Positions 17,160-26,211 of a stretch of 64,000 bases of DNA are shown in pieces. The position numbers and the translations under genes were made by a program. Each line of letters opens with the position of its first letter. Position 1 is the stretch's first letter. This DNA is from Gemmatimonadaceae bacterium (GTDB lineage Bacteria > Gemmatimonadota > Gemmatimonadetes > Gemmatimonadales > Gemmatimonadaceae), in NCBI GenBank assembly GCA_020852815.1, contig JADZAN010000015.1, positions 70,840 through 134,839 on the forward strand, written 5' to 3'. The notes beneath the pieces were generated by a model. It searched no databases. It had not been told where the DNA came from and worked only from the letters and a program-made list of their open reading frames with translations.

Positions 17160-18215
17160 ATGGCGGCGAAGGCCCGACGGCAGCACGAGCGCGGCGCACG
17201 ACAGGGAGCGGCCCCATCGGCAACGCGGCAGGCCAGACGCAGGGGGGCGCTCGCGGGGCGCGTGGCAATCGTGGCTGGGGCCACGCGCGGCGCCGGGCGC
17301 GGCATCGCGGTCGCGTTAGGCGAGGCTGGCGCCACGGTCTATTGCAGCGGGCGCTCGACGCGCGGCAATCCGTCGCCACTGCACCGCCCCGAGACGATCG
17401 ACGAGACGGCGGCGCTGGTCACCGCGGCCGGCGGGATGGGGATCGCCGTTCGCACCGACCACACGGTACGCGCCGACGTCGACGCGCTCATGGCGCGCGT
17501 CCGCGACGAGCACGGCGCCCTCGACCTCCTCGTGAACGACGTGTGGGGGGGCGACAGCGCCGCCGACGTGATCTGGAAGCCACTCGCCGAGACCGACCTC
17601 GACGCGGGATGGGCGCTCGCGCGCCAGGCGATCTACTCGCACCTCATCACCGCGCAGGCGGCGATCCCTCTCCTGCGCGCGCGACGGCGAACACGCACGC
17701 GCTCCGCGATTGTCGAGGTCACTGACGGCGACACGCTCAGCTATCGCGGCGCCTTCTGGTATGACTTCATCAAGGTCAGCATCATGCGCCTCGCCTTCTC
17801 CATGAGCATGGAGCTGCGCAAGGACCGCATTGCCTGCGTGGCGATCACGCCTGGCTTCCTGCGCTCCGAGGCGATGCTGGAGCTCTTTGGCGTGACCGAG
17901 GCCACCTGGCGTGACGGCGTCAAGACGGACGAGCACTTCATCGCCTCCGAAACGCCGGCGCTCGTGGGACGCTCGGTCGCGGCGCTCGCTGCCGAAGCGT
18001 CGTTGATCGATCGCAGCGGTGAGACCTTGAGCTCGTGGGAGGTAGCGCGCGACTACATGCTTACCGATCGCGACGGGAGCCGCCCCGATTGGCTGGCGCA
18101 CTTCCGCCGACACATCTCCGGGTCGCACCCTGCCATCGATTGGATGCAGCGCGGTCTCGCATGGCAGGAGTCCATCAAGCGTCGCACGACGAAGTTCCTC
18201 GCGCCGCGTCGCTAG
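17160..18215 (+). CDS. SDR-family oxidoreductase (atypical, Arg-rich N-terminal extension)
   Basis: GGAAGGAG lies before ATG 17160. Rossmann motif VAIVAGATRGAGRGIAVAL. LLVNDVWGG. The upstream part of ORF 16440..18215 is antisense to the lipoprotein gene. Confidence 0.75.
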   Translation: MAAKARRQHERGARQGAAPSATRQARRRGALAGRVAIVAGATRGAGRGIAVALGEAGATVYCSGRSTRGNPSPLHRPETIDETAALVTAAGGMGIAVRTDHTVRADVDALMARVRDEHGALDLLVNDVWGGDSAADVIWKPLAETDLDAGWALARQAIYSHLITAQAAIPLLRARRRTRTRSAIVEVTDGDTLSYRGAFWYDFIKVSIMRLAFSMSMELRKDRIACVAITPGFLRSEAMLELFGVTEATWRDGVKTDEHFIASETPALVGRSVAALAAEASLIDRSGETLSSWEVARDYMLTDRDGSRPDWLAHFRRHISGSHPAIDWMQRGLAWQESIKRRTTKFLAPRR

Positions 18216-18312
18216 GCGCTGCAAGTTGGGGGGAGCATCCATTTTCGTTGCCTTCTCCCCCCAAGCCTCGCCAATGCGACCCATTCCGACGGTCAACGTG
18301 CGCCGCGCCGCA

Positions 18313-19296
18313 ATGACGCGAGCACCCCGCGCCGCCCGACAAGCACTCGCGGCGATCGCGTCGCTCCTCGTCGGTGCGTGTGGCGCGCGCACACCGGGCG
18401 CCTCCCCCGCCGCACCGTCGGTGACGGCGACACTCCCCGCGGGCGCGGAAGCCGTCTCACTTCTCGGCCAGGTCCTGCGTGCCCCCGCGATGCCCACGGC
18501 GAGCGTCGACGCTGCCGACGCGGCGCTTGCCGCCAACACAAACGATCCAGAGCTCCTCCTCGCCGCCGCCACTGCGCGCGCCACCGCCTGGCGCTTTCGT
18601 GAAGCGATTGCCCTCTACAGTCGCGGCGTCGAGCGTTGGCCTAACGACGCGCGCTTCCTGCGATTCCGCGGGCATCGCTACATCACGGTGCGCCAGTTCG
18701 AGGATGGCGCGCGCGACCTGGACCGCGCCGCCACCCTCGACTCGACCAACTTCGACATCGTCTACCACCAGGGGCTCGCGCACTTCCTGCTGGGGCACTT
18801 CGATCGCGCCGCGGCGATCTACCTCAGGTGCATCGCTTTTGCCGACAACGCCGCGCTCAGGGCGCGCGAGGCATCCGGCGCTTTCCGCCCCGGCTATCGC
18901 AGTTGCATGCGCATGGCCACCAACGACGACGACCGCGCCTCCATGACCGACTGGGCGTGGCGTTCGCTGGTGCGCGCCGGCCGGCGCGCCGAAGCCGACC
19001 GTCTCCTGGCGCCGGTGCGCGAGGCGATGACGATCAACACCAACCGCTCGTACTACGAGAACCTCCTGATGTACAAGGGGGTGCGGCCCCCCGAGGCCGT
19101 GCTGCAGGCGGCAAGCAGCGACTCGGTGCGCTTCTCCACCAGCGGCTACGCCGTGGCGCACTACTATCTGGTGCGCGGCGACTCCGCCAGGGCGTGGGCA
19201 CTGTTCGAGCGCGTAGCGCACGGCCCGCACTGGAACGGCTTCGGCGTCATTGGCGCCGAGGTGGAGCTGGCGCGGCGACGGGCGGTGGGGCGTTAG
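18313..19296 (+). CDS. TPR-like repeat lipoprotein
   Basis: MTRAPRAARQALAAIASLLVGAC gives a signal peptide plus lipobox. TPR-like helices follow (ALYSRGVERWPNDARFLRFRGHRYI..). Start is ATG 18313, or upstream at 18226. Confidence 0.6.
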   Translation: MTRAPRAARQALAAIASLLVGACGARTPGASPAAPSVTATLPAGAEAVSLLGQVLRAPAMPTASVDAADAALAANTNDPELLLAAATARATAWRFREAIALYSRGVERWPNDARFLRFRGHRYITVRQFEDGARDLDRAATLDSTNFDIVYHQGLAHFLLGHFDRAAAIYLRCIAFADNAALRAREASGAFRPGYRSCMRMATNDDDRASMTDWAWRSLVRAGRRAEADRLLAPVREAMTINTNRSYYENLLMYKGVRPPEAVLQAASSDSVRFSTSGYAVAHYYLVRGDSARAWALFERVAHGPHWNGFGVIGAEVELARRRAVGR

Positions 19297-19346
19297 GCGG
19301 TGGAGCGTTTGGCGCCGGTGCGTCAGGTGTCAGGGCGTTAGGCGCA
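19287..19346. repeat. Tandem array of four 15-nt units, consensus GGnGCGTTAGGCGnn
   Basis: The units are GGGGCGTTAGGCGGT, GGAGCGTTTGGCGCC, GGTGCGTCAGGTGTC and AGGGCGTTAGGCGCA. The first overlaps the TAG stop at 19294-19296. The array lies between convergent genes. Confidence 0.8.
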
Positions 19347-19389
19347 GGTTCATGCACGGCGCGCCAGGTGCACCGCGTGCCTAGCGGGC

Positions 19390-21222
19390 TCAGTACGCGC
19401 GCGCCTCGCCGTCGTGGCGTGGGTCTGCCGCGGCGACCCACACCCCGCCGCGGCGGGCAATCATGTAGACGCGCGCATATCCAAATGCCGGGTTCACCGG
19501 CTCGTAGCCCATGGCGCGCGCCGCGGCCAGCACGCTGGCGTCAAAGCCCGCCTCCACCTCCACGCGCCGCCCAGCCGCGGGGTACATCCGCGGCATGCGG
19601 ATCGCCTCCATGGGGTCGAGCCCGAAGTCGATCGCATAGGCCACGCTCTGCGCGAGTGCGAAGGGGATGCGCCCGCCCCCCGGCGACCCCACCACGAGGT
19701 CGACCTTGCCATCCTTCACCAGCACCGTGGGCGCGATGGTGGTGATGCGCGTGCGCCAGGCGGCCGGCAACTCGGCGGGGATCGCGTTGGCGTCGCGCGG
19801 CCACCACCCCGAATCGTTGAGCCAGAAGCCGCTCGCCATCACCCCCGCGCCAAAGCCTGACGAGTTGGTGACGGTCACCGCGACTGCGTTCCCTTCCCCG
19901 TCGACGACGGAGATGTGCGTCGTCTCGCCACCGGACAGGGTGTCGCGCACCGCGAAGTCGCGCGCGGCCAGCTCGCGCATCACCGCGTCGCGCCGTTCGA
20001 CACCTACCGCATCGCCGTTAGGCATCGCACCCGCCGGCGCGCTCCCCTGCGCCTCGCCGGGAAACGGAGAGAACGCGCCGCACGCCGCCGGCACCACACC
20101 GTCGCTCCCGCGGGCATCGCGCGCGCGCAGCGAGTCGGTGGCGCGTCCCACTCCCACGACATCGCCCCACTGTCGCGCGAACGGCTCGGAGATGATCCCG
20201 CGCACCGGGATCGCCTTCCATCGCGGGTCGTCGTTGGCAGCGTTGGCCACCACGCCGACGCGCATCGCCGACGCCATCACGTCGAACGACGTCCCGTTGC
20301 GCGTGGGGAGCCCGGTGGCGGTCAGTCCGCGCGTCTCCAACAGCTCGAGCGTGTGGAGGAACTGCAACCCTCCCATGGGCGGCGGCGCCGAGAGCACGAC
20401 GCGCCCGCGGTAGGTGGTGCAGAGGGGGCGCTTCCACTGCGGCTCGTAGTTGGCCACGTCGTCCATCGTTACGGAGTGACCGCCCGCATTCATGCGCGCG
20501 ACCAGCGCCTGCGCCGTCGCCCCGCGGTAGAATCCATCGCGCCCCTCGCGTGCAATGCGTCGCAACACCTCGGCTAACTGCGCATTGCGCAAGGTGTCGC
20601 CAATGCCGAGCACTCGCCCGTTGGACCAGTACAGCGCGCGCGCAATGGTGTCGCGCTTGAGGCGCACGGTGTCGCGCGCGATGAACTCGGCGAGGACGGG
20701 ATAGAGCGGGAAGCCCTCGGCGGCCAGGCGAATGGCCGGCCCCATGACCTGCTCGCGCGTCAGCTTGCCGAAGCGCGCATGCGCGGCGAGCAGCCCCGCC
20801 ACGTTTCCCGGGACCGCCACGACGCGCAGCGGCACGCCGGAGTCGGCGCGCACGCCGCGCCAGCGCGCGACCGGCTGCGAGGGATAGAAGTCGATGTACT
20901 CGGCGCGCCGAACGCCCTGCTGCCAGAAGAGCAGCGCCCCGCCACCACCAACGCCCGACATCTCCGGCTCAACGACGCCGATCGCGAAGGCCGTCGCCAC
21001 GGCCGCATCGACCGCATTGCCCCCCGCGCGGAGCATCGCCAGTCCCGCGTCGCTGGCCAGCGGATGCGCAGAGGTGACGGCGCCGTGCGTCCCGGCCGCG
21101 CGCTTCCCAAGGTCGGGGGGACGCGTCTCGTCCATCGGTGCATAACGAGCGCAGGCGGCAAGGGCGAGTCCCGCGAGCACGATGCTGACGCGAGGAGCGG
21201 ACGGTGCGACGTGACAGCGCAT
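19390..21222 (-). CDS. ggt: Gamma-glutamyltransferase
   Basis: Signal peptide MRCHVAPSAPRVSIVLAGLALAAC. Autoprocessing and catalytic region SGGETTHISVVDGEGNAVAVTVTNSSGFG. Start is ATG 21222 (ORF-track alternative 21321). Confidence 0.88.
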   Translation of the reverse strand: MRCHVAPSAPRVSIVLAGLALAACARYAPMDETRPPDLGKRAAGTHGAVTSAHPLASDAGLAMLRAGGNAVDAAVATAFAIGVVEPEMSGVGGGGALLFWQQGVRRAEYIDFYPSQPVARWRGVRADSGVPLRVVAVPGNVAGLLAAHARFGKLTREQVMGPAIRLAAEGFPLYPVLAEFIARDTVRLKRDTIARALYWSNGRVLGIGDTLRNAQLAEVLRRIAREGRDGFYRGATAQALVARMNAGGHSVTMDDVANYEPQWKRPLCTTYRGRVVLSAPPPMGGLQFLHTLELLETRGLTATGLPTRNGTSFDVMASAMRVGVVANAANDDPRWKAIPVRGIISEPFARQWGDVVGVGRATDSLRARDARGSDGVVPAACGAFSPFPGEAQGSAPAGAMPNGDAVGVERRDAVMRELAARDFAVRDTLSGGETTHISVVDGEGNAVAVTVTNSSGFGAGVMASGFWLNDSGWWPRDANAIPAELPAAWRTRITTIAPTVLVKDGKVDLVVGSPGGGRIPFALAQSVAYAIDFGLDPMEAIRMPRMYPAAGRRVEVEAGFDASVLAAARAMGYEPVNPAFGYARVYMIARRGGVWVAAADPRHDGEARAY

Positions 21223-21368
21223 GCGACGAGGCGGTGCGGGGGCTGATGCGGACCCGGTGAAGCTCGGCGCGATCAGCGCCGGCGTCCACCCCCGACCACG
21301 CGAAAGGGCGGCGAGTCGCATGGACTCGCCGCCCTTCGGGGGTCACCCACCGAACGAGGCAGCCAGCG

Positions 21369-21650
21369 TCAGTCGCCGACCCCCGCCTCGGCCCCCATCG
21401 GGAGCGGGACATTCATCTCCTTCTTTCCCAGGATCTTCATCGTCAGGTCGTCACCAGCCCCACGAGCATGATGATCCCGATCATCGACATCACGTTGAGC
21501 GAGCCGCCGGTGACCAGGAGCCCCAGCGCGACGCCGAGGAACGACAGCGGGAGTGCCAGCATGATCGACAGCGGCTGGATGAAGGAGCCGAAGATCGACG
21601 CGATGATGAGGTAGATGAACACCACCGCCAGGAGCAACGCCTCGAGCACG
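21369..21650 (-). pseudogene. Degraded 3' remnant of an RND (AcrB-like) transporter gene
   Basis: 21453-21650 is about 95% identical (9 mismatches in about 199 nt by eye) to 23351-23548 of the intact pump gene. 21369-21452 matches its last about 87 nt ([10 protein letters not shown]..). The equivalent of about 271 nt (23080-23350) is missing at a GTC microhomology, which shifts the frame. Homology stops abruptly at 21650. Confidence 0.85.
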
Positions 21651-21921
21651 CCACCGCCCCGGTGTGTACAGGCATGCCGCTGCCACCCGCAGAAGGTTCC
21701 GGCGCGGCCCCGCGTGGCATTCCCGGTTGTTTCGACTTGCCCCCCGTTCCCGGAGCCGTCGCAGATGCGCCTGCCACGCTCTCCATTGCTGCCATGACTG
21801 ACCCAACTTGAGATAGCATCCTGCCGCGAGCCCACCTCCGCAATGCTGCGCACGCTTTGATGACTACAGGCTGATGGCGCATCGCTTCCCCTCGGCCCGC
21901 GCAACACATGGAAGGACTTGC

Positions 21922-21950
21922 TTGACAGAGAAACATCATCGTACTAGGGT
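21922..21950 (+). promoter_or_regulatory. Candidate sigma70-like promoter
   Basis: TTGACA (21922-21927), a 17-nt spacer, then TAGGGT (21945-21950), about 50 nt upstream of ATG 22001. This is a pattern match only. Confidence 0.25.
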
Positions 21951-22000
21951 GTGCCTTCGGTTGACGGCACTTTCAGTCTCCCACGCAGCGCTGATCTACG

Positions 22001-22876
22001 ATGTGCCTGTTGGGCGCCTTGCACGTGGTCTTACGATCGTCACTCTTGGCCGCCCTGCTTCTGTGCCGAGTACACGGCGTCGGAGCTCAGGCGTCCGGCG
22101 AGCTTGATGGCAGAGTTGTGAGAGCCGACAATCCGTCGAGTCCTATCGCCGGTGCGACTGTGGTGCTCCTGGTGAGCGGACAGCGCGTTCAGAGCGACAG
22201 CGCCGGACGCTTTCGGTTGCGTGGCGTTGCGCGTGGCGTCGCGCGCATCGTGGTGCGCGCCGATGGATTCACGCCCGACACCGCGGATATCGAGATGGAA
22301 TCAGATCTCATCGTCACCCGGGACTTCCCCCTTCTCCGCGCGACCACCGTACTCGCAGAGAGAAGGGTCGTGGGCACTGCCTTCGAATCTCGGGCCCCGG
22401 ATTTGAGTGGCTTCAGTGAACGACGTCGCCGCGGAATCGGCCACTTTCTAGATGAGTCAGAAATCGCACGCTGGGAAAATCACCGCACCGGCGACCTTCT
22501 GCGGACGGTAGCTGGCGTCGACGTAAAGGTCGGCGGCTCGAAAGCGTGGGTGAGCGGGGGGCGAGCGCTCGGGAGCGGGCGAGGGGCATTCTCGCAGATA
22601 CGCAAGCAGGACGTTCTCGACAGGCAGGACATCGCAGCGGGTGCGCCCTTGGCGTGCTACATGGACGTGTACGTAGACGGCGCACTCGTCTACAACTCTT
22701 CGGTGCTTGCGAACCGCAACTCGCGCGAAGTCGTGCCGTTGTACGACGTCAATTCAATTCCCCCTTCGCAGATTCGCTCGATCGAAGTGTACACTGGGCC
22801 ATCTCAGGTTCCGCCAGAGTACAACCGAAGCGGGGGGGGGTGTGGCGTTCTTCTCATCTGGACTCGCGCACGCTAG
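22001..22876 (+). CDS. CarboxypepD_reg-like + TonB-Plug-like domain protein (no barrel)
   Basis: Signal peptide. GELDGRVV..AGATVVLLVSGQRVQSDSAGRFRLRGV is a carboxypeptidase-regulatory-like fold. The plug-like C-terminus has GDLLRTVAGVDV..IRSIEVYTGPSQVPPEY. GC is visibly lower and AT-rich codons appear (AGA, AGT, AAT, TCA). Confidence 0.7.
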   Translation: MCLLGALHVVLRSSLLAALLLCRVHGVGAQASGELDGRVVRADNPSSPIAGATVVLLVSGQRVQSDSAGRFRLRGVARGVARIVVRADGFTPDTADIEMESDLIVTRDFPLLRATTVLAERRVVGTAFESRAPDLSGFSERRRRGIGHFLDESEIARWENHRTGDLLRTVAGVDVKVGGSKAWVSGGRALGSGRGAFSQIRKQDVLDRQDIAAGAPLACYMDVYVDGALVYNSSVLANRNSREVVPLYDVNSIPPSQIRSIEVYTGPSQVPPEYNRSGGGCGVLLIWTRAR

Positions 22877-22992
22877 TTCTTTCCCCGTCGAGCAGTTGAG
22901 CGCGCGTCGTGAAGGCCACTCACCGATGCAACACGTACTGGCAATTCGAGTCTCGACAGATGGAGCAGCTTCCATAGCCTGTACGTTCGGTT

Positions 22993-25900
22993 TCAGTCCC
23001 CAGCAGCATCCGCCTCCGCGCCGATCGGTAGCGGCACCTTCATGTCCCGCTTTCCGAGGATCTTCATCGTCAGGTCGTCGAGCAACGTGTACACGACCGG
23101 GACGATGAACAGCGTGAGCAACGTCGAGGTGATGAGTCCCCCGATGACCGCGTGCGCCATCGGTGCCCGCTGCTCGGCTCCTTCACCGAGCGCCAGCGCC
23201 AGCGGGAGCATGCCGAAGATCATCGCCGCCGTCGTCATGATGATCGGGCGCACGCGGATGCGCGCCGAGTTGAGGATCGCCGTGCGGCGGTCCTTCCCGG
23301 CCTCGCGCTCCTTGTTGACGAAGTCGATGAGCAGGATCCCGTTCTTGGTCACCAGTCCCATGAGCATGATGATCCCGATCATCGACATCACGTTGAGTGA
23401 GCCGCCGGTGACGAGCAGCCCCAGCGCCACGCCGAGGAACGACAGCGGGAGCGCCAGCATGATCGACAGCGGCTGGATGAAGGAGCCGAAGATCGAGGCG
23501 ATGATGAGGTAGATGAACACCACCGCCAGGAGCAACGCCTCGAGGACGTAGCCCTTGGTCTCGGTGAGGTTCTGGACGTCGCCGCCAAAGATGGTGCGAT
23601 AGCCGGTGGGGAGCCCGATTCCATCCAGCGCCTTGCGCGCATCGTCGGCCACATTCCCCATGCTGAAGCCGGGAAGGACGCCCGCCGAGATGGAGACGCG
23701 GCGCTCGAGGTAGCCGCGCTCGATCTGCTGCGGCCCCACGCCGGGGCGGATCTCGGCCACCTGCGACAGCGGGATCGTGGCCGGCATCCCCGTGCGCGGG
23801 TCGATGTTGTTGCTCAGCACCGGGATGCGCGCGACGTCTTCCACCGAGACGCGCGACGAGTCGGGATACACCACCATCACGTCGTGCGAGTAGCCGTTGG
23901 GGTCCTCCCACCGCGTGGCGCGCTGCCCCTGGAAGAGCGGCTGCAACGTCCCGCCGATCGTCTGCATCGCGAGCCCTGCCGCCCACGCCTGCTGCCGATC
24001 CACGCGCACGTCGAGCTGCGGGATCTCTCCTTCATCCGACGAGTTCGGCTCGGCCACGCCGGGAACGGAACGCACCGTCTGCAGCACTTGCTCGGCCGCC
24101 AGCTTCAGGCGTGTAGGCTCCGGCCCCTGCACGTAGATCTGGATCGGCTGGCGGAAGCCGCCGAAGATCGACGACGAGCCGGTGATCTGCGGGCGCACGC
24201 CGGGAACCTGCGCCAGCTTGGCGCGCAGCTCGTTCTGGATGGCGAACATGTCGCGCGTCCGCGTCTCCTTGGGCTCCAGCCGCACGAAGATCTGTCCGCC
24301 GTTGGAGCCGCGCGACATCCCGCCGCCGCCCCCCGCCGAGAGCGAAACAAAGCTCACCTCTTTCTGCTGGCGGAGGAGCTGCACGATCTCGCTCCCCTTC
24401 TTCACCGTGTAGTCGAGGCGAGAGCCCGGGGGCAGGCGATACGACACGTTGAACTCGCCGGCGTCGTAGTCGGGGAGCCAGGTGAAGCCGAGGAGCGGGA
24501 AGAGGGCAAAGGCCGCGGCGATCGAGCCAACGGCGAGCCCCACCATCAGGCCGCGATGGTTGAGCGCCCACCCCAGGCCGTTCTTGTACCGCTCCGCCAT
24601 CCGCTCGAACCAGTCGTCGAAGGCAAAGGCGACCTTGCGCAGCGGGTTGCGCGTCTTCTTGCGAGTTTCCGCATGCCCGCCGTGCTCGACCTCGGGGTCG
24701 GGCCAAACGCTCGACAGCATCGGGTCGAGCGTGAACGAGACGAAGAGCGAGACGAGCACCGCGAACGCCACCGTCACGCCAAACTGGAAGAAAATCATCC
24801 CGATCTGCCCACCCATGAACGCCACGGGGACGAAGACCGCGACGACCGCCAGCGTGGTGGAGAGCACCGCCAGCCCGATCTCGTCGGTCCCTTCCTTGGC
24901 GGCGCGGAAGTGATCTTTCCCCATCTCCAGGTGGCGCACGATGTTCTCGCGCACCACGATCGCGTCGTCGATGAGGAGCCCGATCGCCAGCGAGAGCGCC
25001 AGCAGCGTCATCGTGTTCAGCGTGAAGTTGAAGATCCACATCACGAAGAACGCCGAGATGATCGACACCGGGAGGGTGAGCCCGGTGATGACGGTGGAGC
25101 GCCAGGAGTTGAGGAAGAGGTAGATGATCGCGATGGTGAGGACGGCGCCGAGAATGATCGAGATCTCGACGTCGGCCAGCGACTCGCGAATCTTGATCGA
25201 GTCGTCGCGGACGAGCGTGAGCTGGATGTCCGACGGCAGCGTCTTGCGGATGTCGTCGACGACCTTGTTCACGCCGTCGGAGACTTCGACGGTGTTGGAG
25301 CCCGTGACCTTGAGGACCTCGAGCGAGACCGAGGGGACGAGCTGGTCGCCGTCGGAGATGAAGCTGGCGGATCGGCGGTCGGCAAAGCCGTCGACGACAT
25401 TCGCCACGTCGCGCACGCGGATCGGCGTCCCGTTGCGCACCGCCACCACGACGTCCATGAAGGCCATCGGGTCGCGGATCTTGCCCGTCACGCGCACCAT
25501 GCGCTCGGTTTCGCCGCGGAAGACGCGCCCCGCCGGCGTTTCGGAGTTCTCGCGCGCCAGCGCCGCCGACACCTGCGCCGGTGAGATGCCGTAGGCCACC
25601 AGCGCCTCGGCGTTGAGCTGCACGCGAATCTGGCGCGTGGCGCCGCCATTCACGTTCACGCCACCGACGCCGGGGACGCTCTCGAAGCGCGGCTTGATTG
25701 TCTGCTCCGCCAGGTCCGTCAGCTCGCGCAGCGGTCGCTCGTCCGACCGCATCGACACCGACATGATCGGGCGATCGTTCGGGTCGAAGCGCATGATGAC
25801 CGGGTCATCCACGTCTGGCGGGAGCTGGCGGCGGATGCGGGCGATCTTGGCGATGACCTCCTGCTGCGCCTCCAGCGGGTCGAACCCCAGCTGCAACATC

Positions 25901-26178
25901 AGGCGCACGCTGGAGTTCCCTTCCGACGAGGTCGAGGTGATCTCGCGAATGCCGCTGACCGTGTTGAGCGCCTCCTCGATGGGGCGCGACACGTCGCGCT
26001 CCATGACCTCGGGGCTGGCCCCCGGATACGAGGTGTTGGCGATCACCACAGGGTACGTGATGTCGGGATACTCGTCGACCGCCAGGCGCTGGAGCGCCAC
26101 GATGCCGAAGACCATGAGCGCCACCATCATCATGGTGGCGAACACGGGGCGCTTGATGGATACGTCGGAGAGGAACAT
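22993..26178 (-). CDS. RND efflux transporter, inner-membrane permease (AcrB/HAE1-like)
   Basis: 1061 aa. MFLSDVSIKRPVFATMMM... N-terminus. Twelve-TM architecture with two large periplasmic loops. Conserved LAIGLLIDDAIVV. Confidence 0.92.
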   Translation of the reverse strand: MFLSDVSIKRPVFATMMMVALMVFGIVALQRLAVDEYPDITYPVVIANTSYPGASPEVMERDVSRPIEEALNTVSGIREITSTSSEGNSSVRLMLQLGFDPLEAQQEVIAKIARIRRQLPPDVDDPVIMRFDPNDRPIMSVSMRSDERPLRELTDLAEQTIKPRFESVPGVGGVNVNGGATRQIRVQLNAEALVAYGISPAQVSAALARENSETPAGRVFRGETERMVRVTGKIRDPMAFMDVVVAVRNGTPIRVRDVANVVDGFADRRSASFISDGDQLVPSVSLEVLKVTGSNTVEVSDGVNKVVDDIRKTLPSDIQLTLVRDDSIKIRESLADVEISIILGAVLTIAIIYLFLNSWRSTVITGLTLPVSIISAFFVMWIFNFTLNTMTLLALSLAIGLLIDDAIVVRENIVRHLEMGKDHFRAAKEGTDEIGLAVLSTTLAVVAVFVPVAFMGGQIGMIFFQFGVTVAFAVLVSLFVSFTLDPMLSSVWPDPEVEHGGHAETRKKTRNPLRKVAFAFDDWFERMAERYKNGLGWALNHRGLMVGLAVGSIAAAFALFPLLGFTWLPDYDAGEFNVSYRLPPGSRLDYTVKKGSEIVQLLRQQKEVSFVSLSAGGGGGMSRGSNGGQIFVRLEPKETRTRDMFAIQNELRAKLAQVPGVRPQITGSSSIFGGFRQPIQIYVQGPEPTRLKLAAEQVLQTVRSVPGVAEPNSSDEGEIPQLDVRVDRQQAWAAGLAMQTIGGTLQPLFQGQRATRWEDPNGYSHDVMVVYPDSSRVSVEDVARIPVLSNNIDPRTGMPATIPLSQVAEIRPGVGPQQIERGYLERRVSISAGVLPGFSMGNVADDARKALDGIGLPTGYRTIFGGDVQNLTETKGYVLEALLLAVVFIYLIIASIFGSFIQPLSIMLALPLSFLGVALGLLVTGGSLNVMSMIGIIMLMGLVTKNGILLIDFVNKEREAGKDRRTAILNSARIRVRPIIMTTAAMIFGMLPLALALGEGAEQRAPMAHAVIGGLITSTLLTLFIVPVVYTLLDDLTMKILGKRDMKVPLPIGAEADAAGD

Positions 26179-26211
26179 GAGGGGCTCCCGAGACTCTGGT
26201 GCGGAGAATGC

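Noticed and set aside
21443-21907. 154-aa ORF as an intact small membrane protein
   Set aside because: Only its C-terminal ~65 aa are pump-like (identical in register to the intact RND gene). The N-terminal part has no homology to the pump, and the true pump C-terminus continues in another frame. It is best explained as a pseudogene remnant.
23884-25584. 566-aa + strand ORF. Similar long antisense ORFs are 3477..5612, 6944..8278, 40410..42293, 48824..50314, 55793..57226, 58333..59823 and 60307..61200.
   Set aside because: Each is antisense to a gene with clear family motifs and shows the Arg/Gly/Pro/Asp-rich composition expected from reading GC-rich codons out of frame. None has recognisable domains.
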